From an uncultured Bacilli bacterium (GTDB lineage Bacteria; Bacillota_I; Bacilli_A; RFN20; CAG-826), in the NCBI GenBank assembly GCA_963722445.1, contig CAVRMZ010000032.1, positions 1 through 47,909 of the forward strand: a stretch of 47,909 nt of DNA, read 5' to 3'. Shown here in pieces: positions 9,853 to 19,596 of this stretch. Each line of letters starts with the position of its first letter. The stretch's first letter is position 1. The position numbers and the translations under genes were made by a program. Under the pieces are notes generated by a model that made no database searches, was not told the DNA's origin, and saw only the letters and a list, made by a program, of their open reading frames with translations.

Positions 9853-10112
9853 ATGAACGCGAAACATTTTTTAAATGTTTGTTCCATGTGGTGTCCAGGG
9901 AACAAACTGCCATCGTCGTGTTCAAACTAGAAGCACAAAATTTCAAGAGCGTTTGTGACAAACTCAAACAAATCGCTGTATCTCATCCAAAATTTAAACA
10001 AGTCCAATGCGCAAAAGGACAAAACGAGTTCGAATGTGCATTCGAAGACGCCAACGATCCGGAGTCAACAATTTCAATTACTTTTTTTGCAGCCGATTAT
10101 GTAATCCGGTGA
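9853..10112 (+). pseudogene. Small hypothetical gene, possibly frameshifted
   Basis: ATG 9853 (MNAKHFLNVCSMWCPGNK) lies 7 nt after a TAGTAT -10; a shift near 9900 would join it to ORF 9879-10112. No recognisable family. Confidence 0.3.
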
Positions 10113-10302
10113 TCTTGTTTGTTAAAATAAAGATCCTTCTTCCGTTGAAAAACATCAAAGACTCTTTCTCAATTCTTTATTGTTTGAATTCTTTGCGTTC
10201 TTCACGTTGGAAAAACTACCTAAAATCTATCCAAAGTCTACCACGCAGCAAAACAAAAACGTCTAAGGCCTAAAAATGCTCATGAAACAGGAATATTCAG
10301 CA

Positions 10303-10551
10303 CTAAAGAAAACAATACTTAACGGCCGCCCATCTAACGCAGGCAAAATTTTGAATCGACGAAAATTTCCCTAGGTTTGGATGGTTTCTCTCGCTGACGT
10401 TCAGCTTCTTCGCGAAAAAAAAGATTCGGATCTGGGTTCTCGAATGGTCTTTGATGTAGTTCTTGAGAATCAGGAAGCGTTCGGCCTTGGTTAGCTCCGG
10501 AGTTCGACGTATTTCGTACCGTCCGCGGCGGTCGAAACGAGCACTGTGCAC
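10303..10551 (-). pseudogene. Remnant of an HTH DNA-binding protein
   Basis: FAKKLNVSER followed, after a 1-nt shift, by TIQT*; VSERTIQ is a classic HTH_11 recognition helix. Confidence 0.5.
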
Positions 10552-10852
10552 CCCGAATGGAGATGAACTCAGTCCACCGCACCGCTAAAAAGACAGTCTT
10601 GGGCAATAAGGAGATCCCCAACCTCGTCCCGTTCGTCTTTCTCCGCAGCGTTGTCTTTTTTTATGCAGATTCCATTGCTGCGGGGTGGCATTTGGGATAA
10701 TTTCCCCTTTTATATATCCACGCCCTGGTGTATCTACTGATAAATCAAAAACAGCCCTCTTTCTTTACATTGTAGAGACAAATGACAAACGGTGGGTTTC
10801 ATCGTAAAATTTTGTTATTCCCCTATACACTACGCCCGCTCCCATCCTCCAG

Positions 10853-10897
10853 TAAAACCACTAAAATGACCAAAAATACCTATTTTTAGGGGTTTTA
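10853..10897. repeat. Imperfect inverted repeat just downstream of rlmD
   Basis: TAAAACCACTAAAA (10853-10866) / TTTTAGGGGTTTTA (10884-10897), 13/14 match, 17-bp spacer. Confidence 0.55.
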
Positions 10898-10932
10898 GTA
10901 TTTATCGTTATAAATTAGATTTTACCTAATAG

Positions 10933-12300
10933 TTACTTATCATCTCGCAATGTCAGTCTAACCACCGCCTCAACGTGGGATGTATGGGGGAATAAATCGA
11001 CCGGCTGGATGGCTCCGAGTTTATAGGCTTTGCCGATGTAAGCCACATCTCTAGCCAAAGAAGACGGGTTGCAGGAGATATAGACGATCCGCGAGGGCTT
11101 GAGGGCCACCACCGCGTCGAGGAACCTGGAATCGCACCCCTTCCGCGGAGGGTCGACGAAGAGAACGTCGATATGCTTCCCTTCCTTGGCCATCCTCGAA
11201 ATAAAGGAGGAGGCATCGTCCGCGTACGCCTTGAAGTTCTTGATCCCGTTGTTCTCGGCGTTAGCAATCGCGTCCTGAACGGCTTCGGGGATGATCTCGA
11301 CGGAGATGACTTCCTTGCAGTTCTTGCTCGCAATCAAGCCAATCGTGCCAATACCCGAATAAGCGTCGAAAACCACATCTTCGGGGGTCAGTTTGGCATA
11401 ATCCATAGCGGTCTTATAGAGGACTTCCGTCATGACGGGGTTTGTTTGATAAAAGGATTTGGCGGAGATCCGGAAATGGACTCCGCAAAGCTGATCTTCG
11501 ATGTAGCCAGGGCCATAGAGCACGATCGTTTTGTCCCCCAGCACCACGTTCGTATGCTCAAAGTTGATATTCTGAATAAGGGTCGTGATCTCGGGGCATT
11601 GTTCTTTTAAGGCGGCGATGAGTTCGTCTTTCTTGGGGAAGGACTCTTCAGTCGTGACCAAGACCAACATGATTTGCTTTTCGTAATAAGAAGTCTTAAT
11701 CAAGGCGTTCCGAATGAAACCATCGCCCATTTCCTCGATATAGGGCTGGATGTGGAGAGCGGTCAACTGCTGGCACAGAACGTCCAGAATCCGGCGGGCG
11801 CGTTTGTCTTCGATGAAGCATTCGGTGATCGGCACGATCACGTGGGTTCCTTCTTTGTAGAATCCCGAAAAGACTTGGCCTTTTTGATCAAGGCCAAAAG
11901 GAACCTGAATTTTATCGCGATAATAATAAGGATCATCCATCCCCAAGGTCGGAAGCGCCGTCACTTCGAGGTGACCGACTTTCCGGAATTGCTCATTAAC
12001 CATTTGCTGCTTGAAAAGAAGCTGGGCCTTATAGGCATATTGCTGAAATTGGCAACCGCCGCAAGCCGTCGCGACTTTGCACTTCGGGTTGATGCGATCC
12101 GGGGATAAGGTCTTCAACTTTAAAACCGTACCATAAAGCTGCCCGCCCCTGCGGTAACTGACTTCGACATCGCCTTCGTCTCCGGGGAACATTCCTTCCA
12201 CGAAAATGATCTCACCGTTATCTTTGCAAACCCCTTTTCCCTCATACGTTAAATCCAAACATTTGGTGGTAATGGTTCTTTTAATGAATCCGTTATGCAT
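10933..12300 (-). CDS. rlmD: 23S rRNA (uracil-1939-C5)-methyltransferase
   Basis: TRAM-like N-terminus, CKVATACGGC Fe-S motif, SFYQTN, DAYSGIG, DPPRKG, YISCNP, DLFPHTSHVE. Start set at MHNG (12300), coupled to the metG stop. Confidence 0.95.
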   Translation of the reverse strand: MHNGFIKRTITTKCLDLTYEGKGVCKDNGEIIFVEGMFPGDEGDVEVSYRRGGQLYGTVLKLKTLSPDRINPKCKVATACGGCQFQQYAYKAQLLFKQQMVNEQFRKVGHLEVTALPTLGMDDPYYYRDKIQVPFGLDQKGQVFSGFYKEGTHVIVPITECFIEDKRARRILDVLCQQLTALHIQPYIEEMGDGFIRNALIKTSYYEKQIMLVLVTTEESFPKKDELIAALKEQCPEITTLIQNINFEHTNVVLGDKTIVLYGPGYIEDQLCGVHFRISAKSFYQTNPVMTEVLYKTAMDYAKLTPEDVVFDAYSGIGTIGLIASKNCKEVISVEIIPEAVQDAIANAENNGIKNFKAYADDASSFISRMAKEGKHIDVLFVDPPRKGCDSRFLDAVVALKPSRIVYISCNPSSLARDVAYIGKAYKLGAIQPVDLFPHTSHVEAVVRLTLRDDK

Positions 12301-12301
12301 T

Positions 12302-13909
12302 TTAGGCCGCTGCTTTCTCTTTAGGAGCGGCCATGAGCTGCTGGATAAAGTCGACTTCCGTTTCAACGTCCATGCGCGGGAAGAGCTGTTCCCCCTTATG
12401 GACCGAAACGCCATGGAGCGAACCGAATTTCGTCGCCGAAGCATAGTTTCTCATCGAAGCAGGGACGCCAAGTTGGTCGAAGATCTTCTCGCTCTTGGTG
12501 ACGAGGACAGGGCTCAATAAGGTCCCACATAGGAAGATTGTATTCGCAAGATGCGCCATGCAACTCGCGAGTTGGTCTTTTTTCGCCGGATCCTTCGCCA
12601 AAACCCAAGGCGCGCTTTCCTCGATGTACTTATTGGCGGCGCTCACAAGATCCATGACCGCGGTATAGGCTTCCGTGACTTTGAGGTCGTCGTTTAGAAT
12701 CTCATAATCCTTGATGGTTTTCTCAGCTAATTCGCTGAGATTCTTGTCGAGTTCGTTGGTGTCGCCTTTATACTCCGGGATTTTTCCCTCAAAGTACTTG
12801 TCGATCATCGAGACCGTCCGGTTGAGGAGGTTCCCAAGGTTGTTGGCCAAATCGCTATTGAGCCTCTCCACGAATTGCTCAGGGGTGAACTGCCCGTCTT
12901 GCCCGAAGATGATCTCTTTGGTGAGATAATAACGAACCGCATCGACTCCAAATCTCTCGACGAGAGGGGGCACTGGAATAACGTTGCCCTTGCTCTTGCT
13001 CATCTTTCCGTCTTTCATCATCATGAGGCCATGGACGAAAACCCGGCTGGGTTCCCTTAGGCCAAGGGCTTCGAGGAACATCGGCCAATAGATCGTATGA
13101 AAACGGGTGATGTCCGCTCCGATCACATGGACGACTTCGCAATCGGGATCGGCCCAAAAATTCTGAAATTTGCTGTCGTCTTTCTGAAGATAACCTAAAG
13201 CCGTGATGTAGTTTGCTAGCGCGTCCAGCCAAACATAAATAACATGGCCTGGCGCTTCTTCCACGGGAATGCCCCAGTTAAAGGAGGTTCTCGTCACGCA
13301 CAAATCACTAAGACCGGGTTTAATGAAGTTATTCACCATTTCATCTTTGCGGCCCTTGGGGGTGATGAAATTAGGGTTCTTAGCGTAAAAAGCCAATAAA
13401 TCATTCACGTATTTATTGCAGCGAAAGAAGTACGCCGCTTCGCTTTTCTCTTCGCAAGGGCGGTGACATTCCGGGCAAAGATGATCCGGTCCTACCTGGG
13501 TGTCGGTCCAATAGCTTTCCTCATGAACGCAGTACCATCCTTTATAAGAAGAAAGATAGACATCGTCATTCTGCAAAAACTTTGAGAAAATCTTTTGGAC
13601 GGTTTCGTAATGACGGGGCTGGGTGGTACGAATGAAATCGTCATTGGATATCATCATCGTCTTCCATAAAGAAGTGAATTTAACGGCCACGCCATCCACA
13701 AACTGCTGAGGGGTAACCCCTGCCGCTTTGGCGTTTTCTTGAATCTTTTCGCCGTGCTCGTCAAGGCCAGTCAAAAAATAAGTCTCAAATCCGCGGAGCC
13801 TTTTCCCACGGGCGATGACATCGCAAAGGGTCGTGCAATAAGCGTGGCCTAAATGGGGTGAGGCGCTGGGATAATAAATCGGAGTTGTAATATAGAATTT
13901 TTTGCTCAT
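12302..13909 (-). CDS. metG: Methionine--tRNA ligase (no C-terminal EMAP/tRNA-binding domain)
   Basis: FYITTPIYY, HLGH, KMSKS. Start at MSKKFY with AGGAGG SD. Confidence 0.97.
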   Translation of the reverse strand: MSKKFYITTPIYYPSASPHLGHAYCTTLCDVIARGKRLRGFETYFLTGLDEHGEKIQENAKAAGVTPQQFVDGVAVKFTSLWKTMMISNDDFIRTTQPRHYETVQKIFSKFLQNDDVYLSSYKGWYCVHEESYWTDTQVGPDHLCPECHRPCEEKSEAAYFFRCNKYVNDLLAFYAKNPNFITPKGRKDEMVNNFIKPGLSDLCVTRTSFNWGIPVEEAPGHVIYVWLDALANYITALGYLQKDDSKFQNFWADPDCEVVHVIGADITRFHTIYWPMFLEALGLREPSRVFVHGLMMMKDGKMSKSKGNVIPVPPLVERFGVDAVRYYLTKEIIFGQDGQFTPEQFVERLNSDLANNLGNLLNRTVSMIDKYFEGKIPEYKGDTNELDKNLSELAEKTIKDYEILNDDLKVTEAYTAVMDLVSAANKYIEESAPWVLAKDPAKKDQLASCMAHLANTIFLCGTLLSPVLVTKSEKIFDQLGVPASMRNYASATKFGSLHGVSVHKGEQLFPRMDVETEVDFIQQLMAAPKEKAAA

Positions 13910-14232
13910 GGCTAATGGAACCTCCTGTCGCAAAAAACGCACGCGATTTGGCGCGGATAGATTTTAACATTTCGGGCGGGTAAAACTAAGTATAAGAGTA
14001 AGCCAAGATTTTTTAAATGTCTTTCAAACTTAAATACGCTTGGTTAGTTCCGATTGTTATTAATCTTTTTCTCCGAAGGTTTGTTTTAAACGATTCCCTC
14101 GTTTTTGAGTGACGCCAAAGAACGAACTGCTGGGGCTGAGCGCTAACGAATTTTTTCGCATAATGACGAATATGCTACCATTATAAAGAATGCTTGCTTT
14201 GATGGGGCTCACGGAAGGCAAGAGAGGCAAAA

Positions 14233-15939
14233 ATGGATAATATTGAGGACAATTACAATCGTTGGCTGCTTTCTGACAAGGTTTCGGATGCCGACAAAAC
14301 GATTTTAAGAGCCATGACGTCAGAGCAAAAAGATGAAGCGTTTTTCCAAGATATTCAATTCGGCACAGGCGGAATGAGAGGCGTCCTAGGCCCCGGAACC
14401 AACATGATGAATGAATTCACGGTCAAACGCGCCACCATTGCCCTGGGCCAGATGATTCTAAATAAATACTCTGATGCGGCCCTAAGAGGAGTTGTCATTT
14501 CTCATGACAACCGCCATCATAGCCGCGATTACGCCGTTGAATGCGCCCAGATCCTTAATGCCATGGGGCTTAAGGCTTATCTTTTCGATTCTCTGAGGCC
14601 AACCCCTGAGCTTTCCTATGCGGTCCGCTATGAAAAAGCCGTTGGCGGCATCATGATCACGGCTTCCCACAACCCAAAGCAATACAACGGATATAAAGTC
14701 TACGACGAAAAGGGCTGCCAGTTGGTCCCTGATAAAATCCAACCCATGCTGGATATTTTAGCCAAACTCCCTAATGAACTGGAAATAGAGCCAACCCCAG
14801 CCAAGGAAAAGGGAACCACTTCGATTCTCCCATCCAAAATCGATGATGACTACGTCAAGGCCGTGGAGGGTACCCAAGTCAACCCGAACCTCGATAAAAA
14901 GAATTTCAAAATCGTCTATACCCCAAACCATGGAACTTCCTATGAAAACGCCATGCGGGTTTTTCAAGACTGTGGCTATGATGTCACGCCGGTTGCGAAA
15001 CAATGCACCCATGATCCCGATTTCTCAGGGACGCTTTCTCCCAACCCTGAAATGGCGGAATCTTTTATCGAGCCACTTAAGCTAGCCCGTAAAATTCATG
15101 CCGATTTCGTCGTAATGACAGATCCGGATGGGGATCGCTGCGGAGTCGCTTATCTTTCGAGCAAAGGCACCTATGAAAGATTCACGGGGAATCAATCGGC
15201 AGCCCTTTTAATCGATTACATTTTTGGCGAAAGACAAAAAAAGAATCAACTTCACCAAAACGGAGTCATGTATGACACCATCGTCACTTCGGATTTGGGA
15301 AGGAAAGTCGCCAAATCCTATGGGGTCGCTAACGAAAGCTTTTTAACAGGATTTAAATACATTGGTGACCGCATCGGTTATTACGAGGACCTTGGGAAGG
15401 GGCCCGTCTTTGAGTTTGGCTACGAAGAGTCTTATGGCTGTTTAATTGCCCCGTTCGTCCGTGATAAGGATGGAATTCAAGCCATACTTCTCTATTGTGA
15501 AATGGCCCTTTGGTACAAACTCAAGGGAATTCCGCTTGATGTGGCGTTCATTAACCTTGAAAAACGTTTTGGCTTCCACGAAACCGTAACCGATTCTGTT
15601 TATTTTGAAGGATCGGAAGGCGCAGCCAAAATGAAGGCCATCATGGACCAACTCCATGAAAACGCCCCTAAGAGCGTCGAAAACTATCAAATAAAACGCA
15701 TTGAAGATTATGCTAAGGGCATCGCCATTAACATCGACGGAACCAAAGAAACGCTAGCGCTGCCCAAGGAAGAAGTCGTAAGGCTTTTCTTTGATGAGGG
15801 CTCTTGGGCGGCGGTTCGGCCAAGTGGCACCGAACCAAAATGCAAATTCTATGTTGAGGCCGTTTCCAAAGACGATAAAGGACTTCACCAAAAAGCGGTT
15901 GGTTTATCTAAAGCCTTGCAAAAAGCCCTCGGAATTTAA
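14233..15939 (+). CDS. pgm: Phosphoglucomutase/phosphomannomutase
   Basis: FGTGGMRG, ITASHNP phosphoserine loop, DPDGDR, GYEESYG, RPSGTEPK. Confidence 0.93.
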   Translation: MDNIEDNYNRWLLSDKVSDADKTILRAMTSEQKDEAFFQDIQFGTGGMRGVLGPGTNMMNEFTVKRATIALGQMILNKYSDAALRGVVISHDNRHHSRDYAVECAQILNAMGLKAYLFDSLRPTPELSYAVRYEKAVGGIMITASHNPKQYNGYKVYDEKGCQLVPDKIQPMLDILAKLPNELEIEPTPAKEKGTTSILPSKIDDDYVKAVEGTQVNPNLDKKNFKIVYTPNHGTSYENAMRVFQDCGYDVTPVAKQCTHDPDFSGTLSPNPEMAESFIEPLKLARKIHADFVVMTDPDGDRCGVAYLSSKGTYERFTGNQSAALLIDYIFGERQKKNQLHQNGVMYDTIVTSDLGRKVAKSYGVANESFLTGFKYIGDRIGYYEDLGKGPVFEFGYEESYGCLIAPFVRDKDGIQAILLYCEMALWYKLKGIPLDVAFINLEKRFGFHETVTDSVYFEGSEGAAKMKAIMDQLHENAPKSVENYQIKRIEDYAKGIAINIDGTKETLALPKEEVVRLFFDEGSWAAVRPSGTEPKCKFYVEAVSKDDKGLHQKAVGLSKALQKALGI

Positions 15940-15964
15940 TTTTCAAAAGGCTCACGGATAATAA

Positions 15965-15994
15965 AAAGCCGCATCTCAATACAAATGCGGCTTT
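15965..15994. terminator. Bidirectional intrinsic terminator (pgm/rpmE)
   Basis: AAAGCCGCAT-loop-ATGCGGCTTT with A/T tails between convergent genes. Confidence 0.8.
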
Positions 15995-16010
15995 GTTTTT
16001 GAATCAACGA

Positions 16011-16271
16011 TTACTTTTTGATTTCGGCAACGACAGGTTTGACTTCGGGCTTAACTTCAGGTTTGACTTCAACCTTGGCAAGTCTCTTATTGAACTTGTC
16101 AATGCGGCCATCAGCAACTGCGCTACGCTGCTTCCCAGTGTAGAACGGATGGCAATTTGAGCACGTTTCAACCTTAATTTCTTTGAGGGTCGAACCAGTC
16201 TCGAAAGTGGCTCCGCAGCTGATGCAGGTCACGGTGCACTTATGGTACTCCGGATGGATTCCTTTTTTCAT
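16011..16271 (-). CDS. rpmE: 50S ribosomal protein L31 (Zn-binding type) with repetitive C-terminal tail
   Basis: [13 protein letters not shown]...[16 protein letters not shown]; tail [12 protein letters not shown]. Confidence 0.97.
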   Translation of the reverse strand: MKKGIHPEYHKCTVTCISCGATFETGSTLKEIKVETCSNCHPFYTGKQRSAVADGRIDKFNKRLAKVEVKPEVKPEVKPVVAEIKK

Positions 16272-16357
16272 GTCCTTTACTCCTTTCGCCTTGTGGCATC
16301 GGCCACAAAGAGAGTTACGGCTGTTATATTACGCGTAACAAGCGTGCCTTGCAACTC

Positions 16358-16852
16358 TTATCGGCCCGCTTCTTTTTCCTCTTCGGCTTTAAGAGTTTTG
16401 GCTTTCTTTGACAACGCTAGAAGGCCAAAGATACCGTAAAGAATTTCGCATAGCCCAATGAAAAGGGCTGGGACCAAGGCACAAAGCAAAAACGTGGGGT
16501 TAGTAGAAACAGGATTGCCGGGAATGTTTATAAGCCCTTCAGCCAAAATAATCAAACCCGCCCCCAAAATGACCCCAAAGAAAACAATGAGCAAAATAGA
16601 ATAAAGACGCGCTTCGTTGTCGCCAGGTTTCCCGATTAAGAGGAATTGGGAAACCAGCATAACGACTAGAGCTATCAACGTATACATCAAGGGCAAATAG
16701 ATGTTGTTAATGAGGTTCTCTTCCGAATTGATGTTATCGATGGCGGTATACCGCGTTAGGGCTAGCCCGACCAAGAAATAGAAAACCAAAGTTGAGGCGA
16801 TTAAAAAGAGCAAATAGTAGGCTAATTTCCGAATTATTTTGAACGCTTCCAT
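16358..16852 (-). CDS. Hypothetical membrane protein (about 4 TM)
   Basis: Four hydrophobic stretches; start overlaps the stop of the upstream MBL gene. Confidence 0.75.
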   Translation of the reverse strand: MEAFKIIRKLAYYLLFLIASTLVFYFLVGLALTRYTAIDNINSEENLINNIYLPLMYTLIALVVMLVSQFLLIGKPGDNEARLYSILLIVFFGVILGAGLIILAEGLINIPGNPVSTNPTFLLCALVPALFIGLCEILYGIFGLLALSKKAKTLKAEEEKEAGR

Positions 16853-17460
16853 TATTTTTCTCCCGATCCTTCCAAATCGATGTTGTCGTTAGGCTTCATA
16901 AGCATTGCCATCGGGGCGGTTACCGCCATGGCTTGATGATAGTCCCAAAGGAGACCCGGTTTCATATGCATAGGAATGAGATGCTTGGGATTGATCGCTT
17001 TGGCTGCTTCGGTAGCCTCTTCCGGGGTCATCGTGTAAAAACCATCAATGGGCAAAAGCGCGTAATCAATGTGATCTTTGGCTAGATTTTTCATTTCTGG
17101 AATAAAATCCGTATCTCCGGCATGGTACAGGCATAGACCATCGAAGTTCAAAACATAGCCTACGCATTCGGCTTTGCTGTGATGCGAATTATAGGCCGGA
17201 ACCGCTTGAATGTGGATTCCAAATTCATCAAAATGGCGATAGATGCCACCATTTAATCCATCAGAAGCCCTGATGACGATTGTCGTAGGCTTCCGCGTGA
17301 TAAGGCTGATTTGATTATGATCATAATGCTCATGTGTGATCAGGACGAGATCAGCTGGAGTTTTATAGCCTTCCCCGGCAAAGGGATCGATAAAAACAAC
17401 GATGCCTTCGTCTGTCGTGATTCTAAAGGACGAATGCCCTTGATAAAATAACTTGGCCAT
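16852..17460 (-). CDS. MBL-fold metallo-hydrolase (UlaG/UPF0173-like)
   Basis: GHSSF, IDPF, THEHYDH, YHAGDT, IPMH. Confidence 0.92.
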   Translation of the reverse strand: MAKLFYQGHSSFRITTDEGIVVFIDPFAGEGYKTPADLVLITHEHYDHNQISLITRKPTTIVIRASDGLNGGIYRHFDEFGIHIQAVPAYNSHHSKAECVGYVLNFDGLCLYHAGDTDFIPEMKNLAKDHIDYALLPIDGFYTMTPEEATEAAKAINPKHLIPMHMKPGLLWDYHQAMAVTAPMAMLMKPNDNIDLEGSGEK

Positions 17461-17473
17461 AAGATTGCTCTCC

Positions 17474-18079
17474 TTATATGAGTGCGTTATTAAGATAGGC
17501 CTTTTTGAAGGCTTCGTTCCAATATCGTTCGGGAAGATAAAGAACCTCGGAAGAAATAGACTGGTTAGCGATGATGAGATTGAAGCCGAGATGAAAGTTG
17601 GGATTTTGATTGAGATGACGATAAATGATGGATAAATAAGCCAGTTCGCCCCCAGTTAATGAAGCGGGAATCTCGAAAAAAGAACAATCGCTAAGTTCTT
17701 CGTTAACAAGGTTCTTCAGCTTTTTCCCTTCTTTCGAAATGGGGTTCCCTTGGCAAAAAGATTGAACTTTGGAAGAAATTTCCTTTAGGATAATCGGATT
17801 CTCGTTTATCTTTTTCTCAGGCGAGAAAATGATCCAAGTCGGATAATCAAAGACTTCTTGTTGCGCCTCGTTGGTCCACTCCTTAAAAGAATAGGCAAAG
17901 AAAACGTCTCCTTCTTTGACCAGATTTTCCCTTTTATAATAGGAAGAAGTCATAAATCCAACCAACCGCCGCCTAAAAGAATCACGAGAAGTAATAAAAG
18001 ACATCTCCCTTTTATCCAAGGTGACTCTCTTTTGAAGCCACTCCTGATTAATTTCATTTATGATTTTTGCATAATCCAT
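17474..18079 (-). CDS. Hypothetical protein
   Basis: 201-aa ORF heading the unit with the MBL gene; TATTAT -10 ends 7 nt upstream of the ATG. Confidence 0.7.
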   Translation of the reverse strand: MDYAKIINEINQEWLQKRVTLDKREMSFITSRDSFRRRLVGFMTSSYYKRENLVKEGDVFFAYSFKEWTNEAQQEVFDYPTWIIFSPEKKINENPIILKEISSKVQSFCQGNPISKEGKKLKNLVNEELSDCSFFEIPASLTGGELAYLSIIYRHLNQNPNFHLGFNLIIANQSISSEVLYLPERYWNEAFKKAYLNNALI

Positions 18080-18189
18080 ATCTTCATAATAATACGTTCT
18101 CGTCGAGTTTTGAAAATCAAGGTTGTTTCCTAGAGGTGAAGATATGGACTAATTGTGTTAGTATTCGCCTGTCGCAACGGAGGTAAAAA

Positions 18190-19596
18190 ATGATATCAAA
18201 AAAATTGGCCATCGAAGTATTGAATGAGTGCCTAGCCACGGGTGGCGATTATGCCGAAATTTATTTGGAAGATACCGAATCCGAGAGTATTAGTCTTGAA
18301 AACGGAAGCGTTGAATCTTCGGGAAAACGCGAAAAATATGGCGCTGGAATTCGCATTTTAAATAAACTTAAGAGCGTCTACGGTTATTCCAGCAACCTTT
18401 CAAAGAAAAACCTTTTGAGTTTGGCTCACAAGCTGGCCGCAAGTTTTTCCGATCAGCGCATTATTACCGTCGTTTCTGTTGAAAACGAACCGGTTCAGAT
18501 CATTAACAAAGTTATCGATCATTTGGCGGATGTTTCCGCTGCTGAAAAGATCAAGTACCTTAAGGAATGCTATTCGATCACGGCCGCTGTTGACAAACGT
18601 CTCGTCCGAATTCAAGACGCGTTCGCGGACAGCATCAAAAACATCGAGATATTCTCAGCCGAAGGAAGCGTGGCGAAACAGTACGAAAACACCGAAGAAA
18701 GAGGCCGCCTTGTTGTCGTCGCTGTTGCGGCTGAAAATGGCGACATCGAAAATTATTTCATCGGACCGGGGCATTCCGCTGGCTGGAGTTGGTTCACGAA
18801 AGTCCTCGATTACAAAGGCATTGCTAAAAAGTGCGGAGAGAAGGCAATCATGCTTCTGTCCGCCAAGGAATGCCCTTCTGGTCGCTTCCCAGTGGTAATC
18901 ACCAATGGTTGGGGCGGCGTGATATTCCATGAGGCTTGTGGCCACTCCCTAGAGGCCACTGCCACTGCTAAACACTTGTCGGTATTCTCCGACTCTATCG
19001 GAAAGCAAATCGCGGCTCCGATCGTCTCAGCCTTTGACGACGGAACGATGCCCAATGAATGGGGCTCAAACAACATTGATTCCGAAGGCCACCCAACTCA
19101 GAAGAACCAGCTCATTAAAGATGGAATTTGCGTGGGTTTCTTAGTCGACAAGTTCAACGGACGACGTTTGAACATGGCCGCTAATGGTTGCTCGCGGCGA
19201 GAAAGCTATCGTTATGAGCCAACATCTCGGATGAGCAACACTTATATCGCCCCAGGCAACGATAAGCCCGAAGATATTATCAAGGACACAAAACTTGGGG
19301 TTTTTGTTGCTAATTTCGGGGGCGGTTCGGTCAATCCCACCACTGGTGAATTTAATTTCTCGGCCTCCGAAGCTTACATTATCAGAGATGGAAAAATCTG
19401 TGAACCTGTAAAGGGCTGCACCTTAATCGGTTCAGGAAAAGAAGTCTTAATGAACATCGACCGTATTGGAAACGACGTTGACCTAGGCGAGGGCGTTTGC
19501 GGATCGGCATCGGGAATGATACCGGTCAACGTCGGCCAACCCACCATTCGCTTAAAAGAGATTACGGTCGGCGGAAGAGGAGGAAAACTTCAATGA
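18190..19596 (+). CDS. tldD: TldD family metalloprotease
   Basis: GGDYAEIY, FHEACGHSLE (HExxGH), RRESYRYEPTSRMSNT, GVCGS..VGQPT; GGAGG SD. Confidence 0.93.
   Translation: MISKKLAIEVLNECLATGGDYAEIYLEDTESESISLENGSVESSGKREKYGAGIRILNKLKSVYGYSSNLSKKNLLSLAHKLAASFSDQRIITVVSVENEPVQIINKVIDHLADVSAAEKIKYLKECYSITAAVDKRLVRIQDAFADSIKNIEIFSAEGSVAKQYENTEERGRLVVVAVAAENGDIENYFIGPGHSAGWSWFTKVLDYKGIAKKCGEKAIMLLSAKECPSGRFPVVITNGWGGVIFHEACGHSLEATATAKHLSVFSDSIGKQIAAPIVSAFDDGTMPNEWGSNNIDSEGHPTQKNQLIKDGICVGFLVDKFNGRRLNMAANGCSRRESYRYEPTSRMSNTYIAPGNDKPEDIIKDTKLGVFVANFGGGSVNPTTGEFNFSASEAYIIRDGKICEPVKGCTLIGSGKEVLMNIDRIGNDVDLGEGVCGSASGMIPVNVGQPTIRLKEITVGGRGGKLQ

Noticed and set aside
12301-12444. ORF-track N-terminal extensions of rlmD (likewise metG, tldE, the ABC transporter, dnaA, hypB and the AbiEi-like gene)
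   Set aside because: They overlap neighbouring genes, promoters or DnaA boxes; downstream starts fit SD/promoter positions and family N-termini better.
13910-14232. Possible T-box or SAM leader for metG, or a fluoride-riboswitch-like GATGGGGCTCAC before pgm
   Set aside because: No T-box GGTGGNACC motif, S-box core or complete riboswitch pairing was found.
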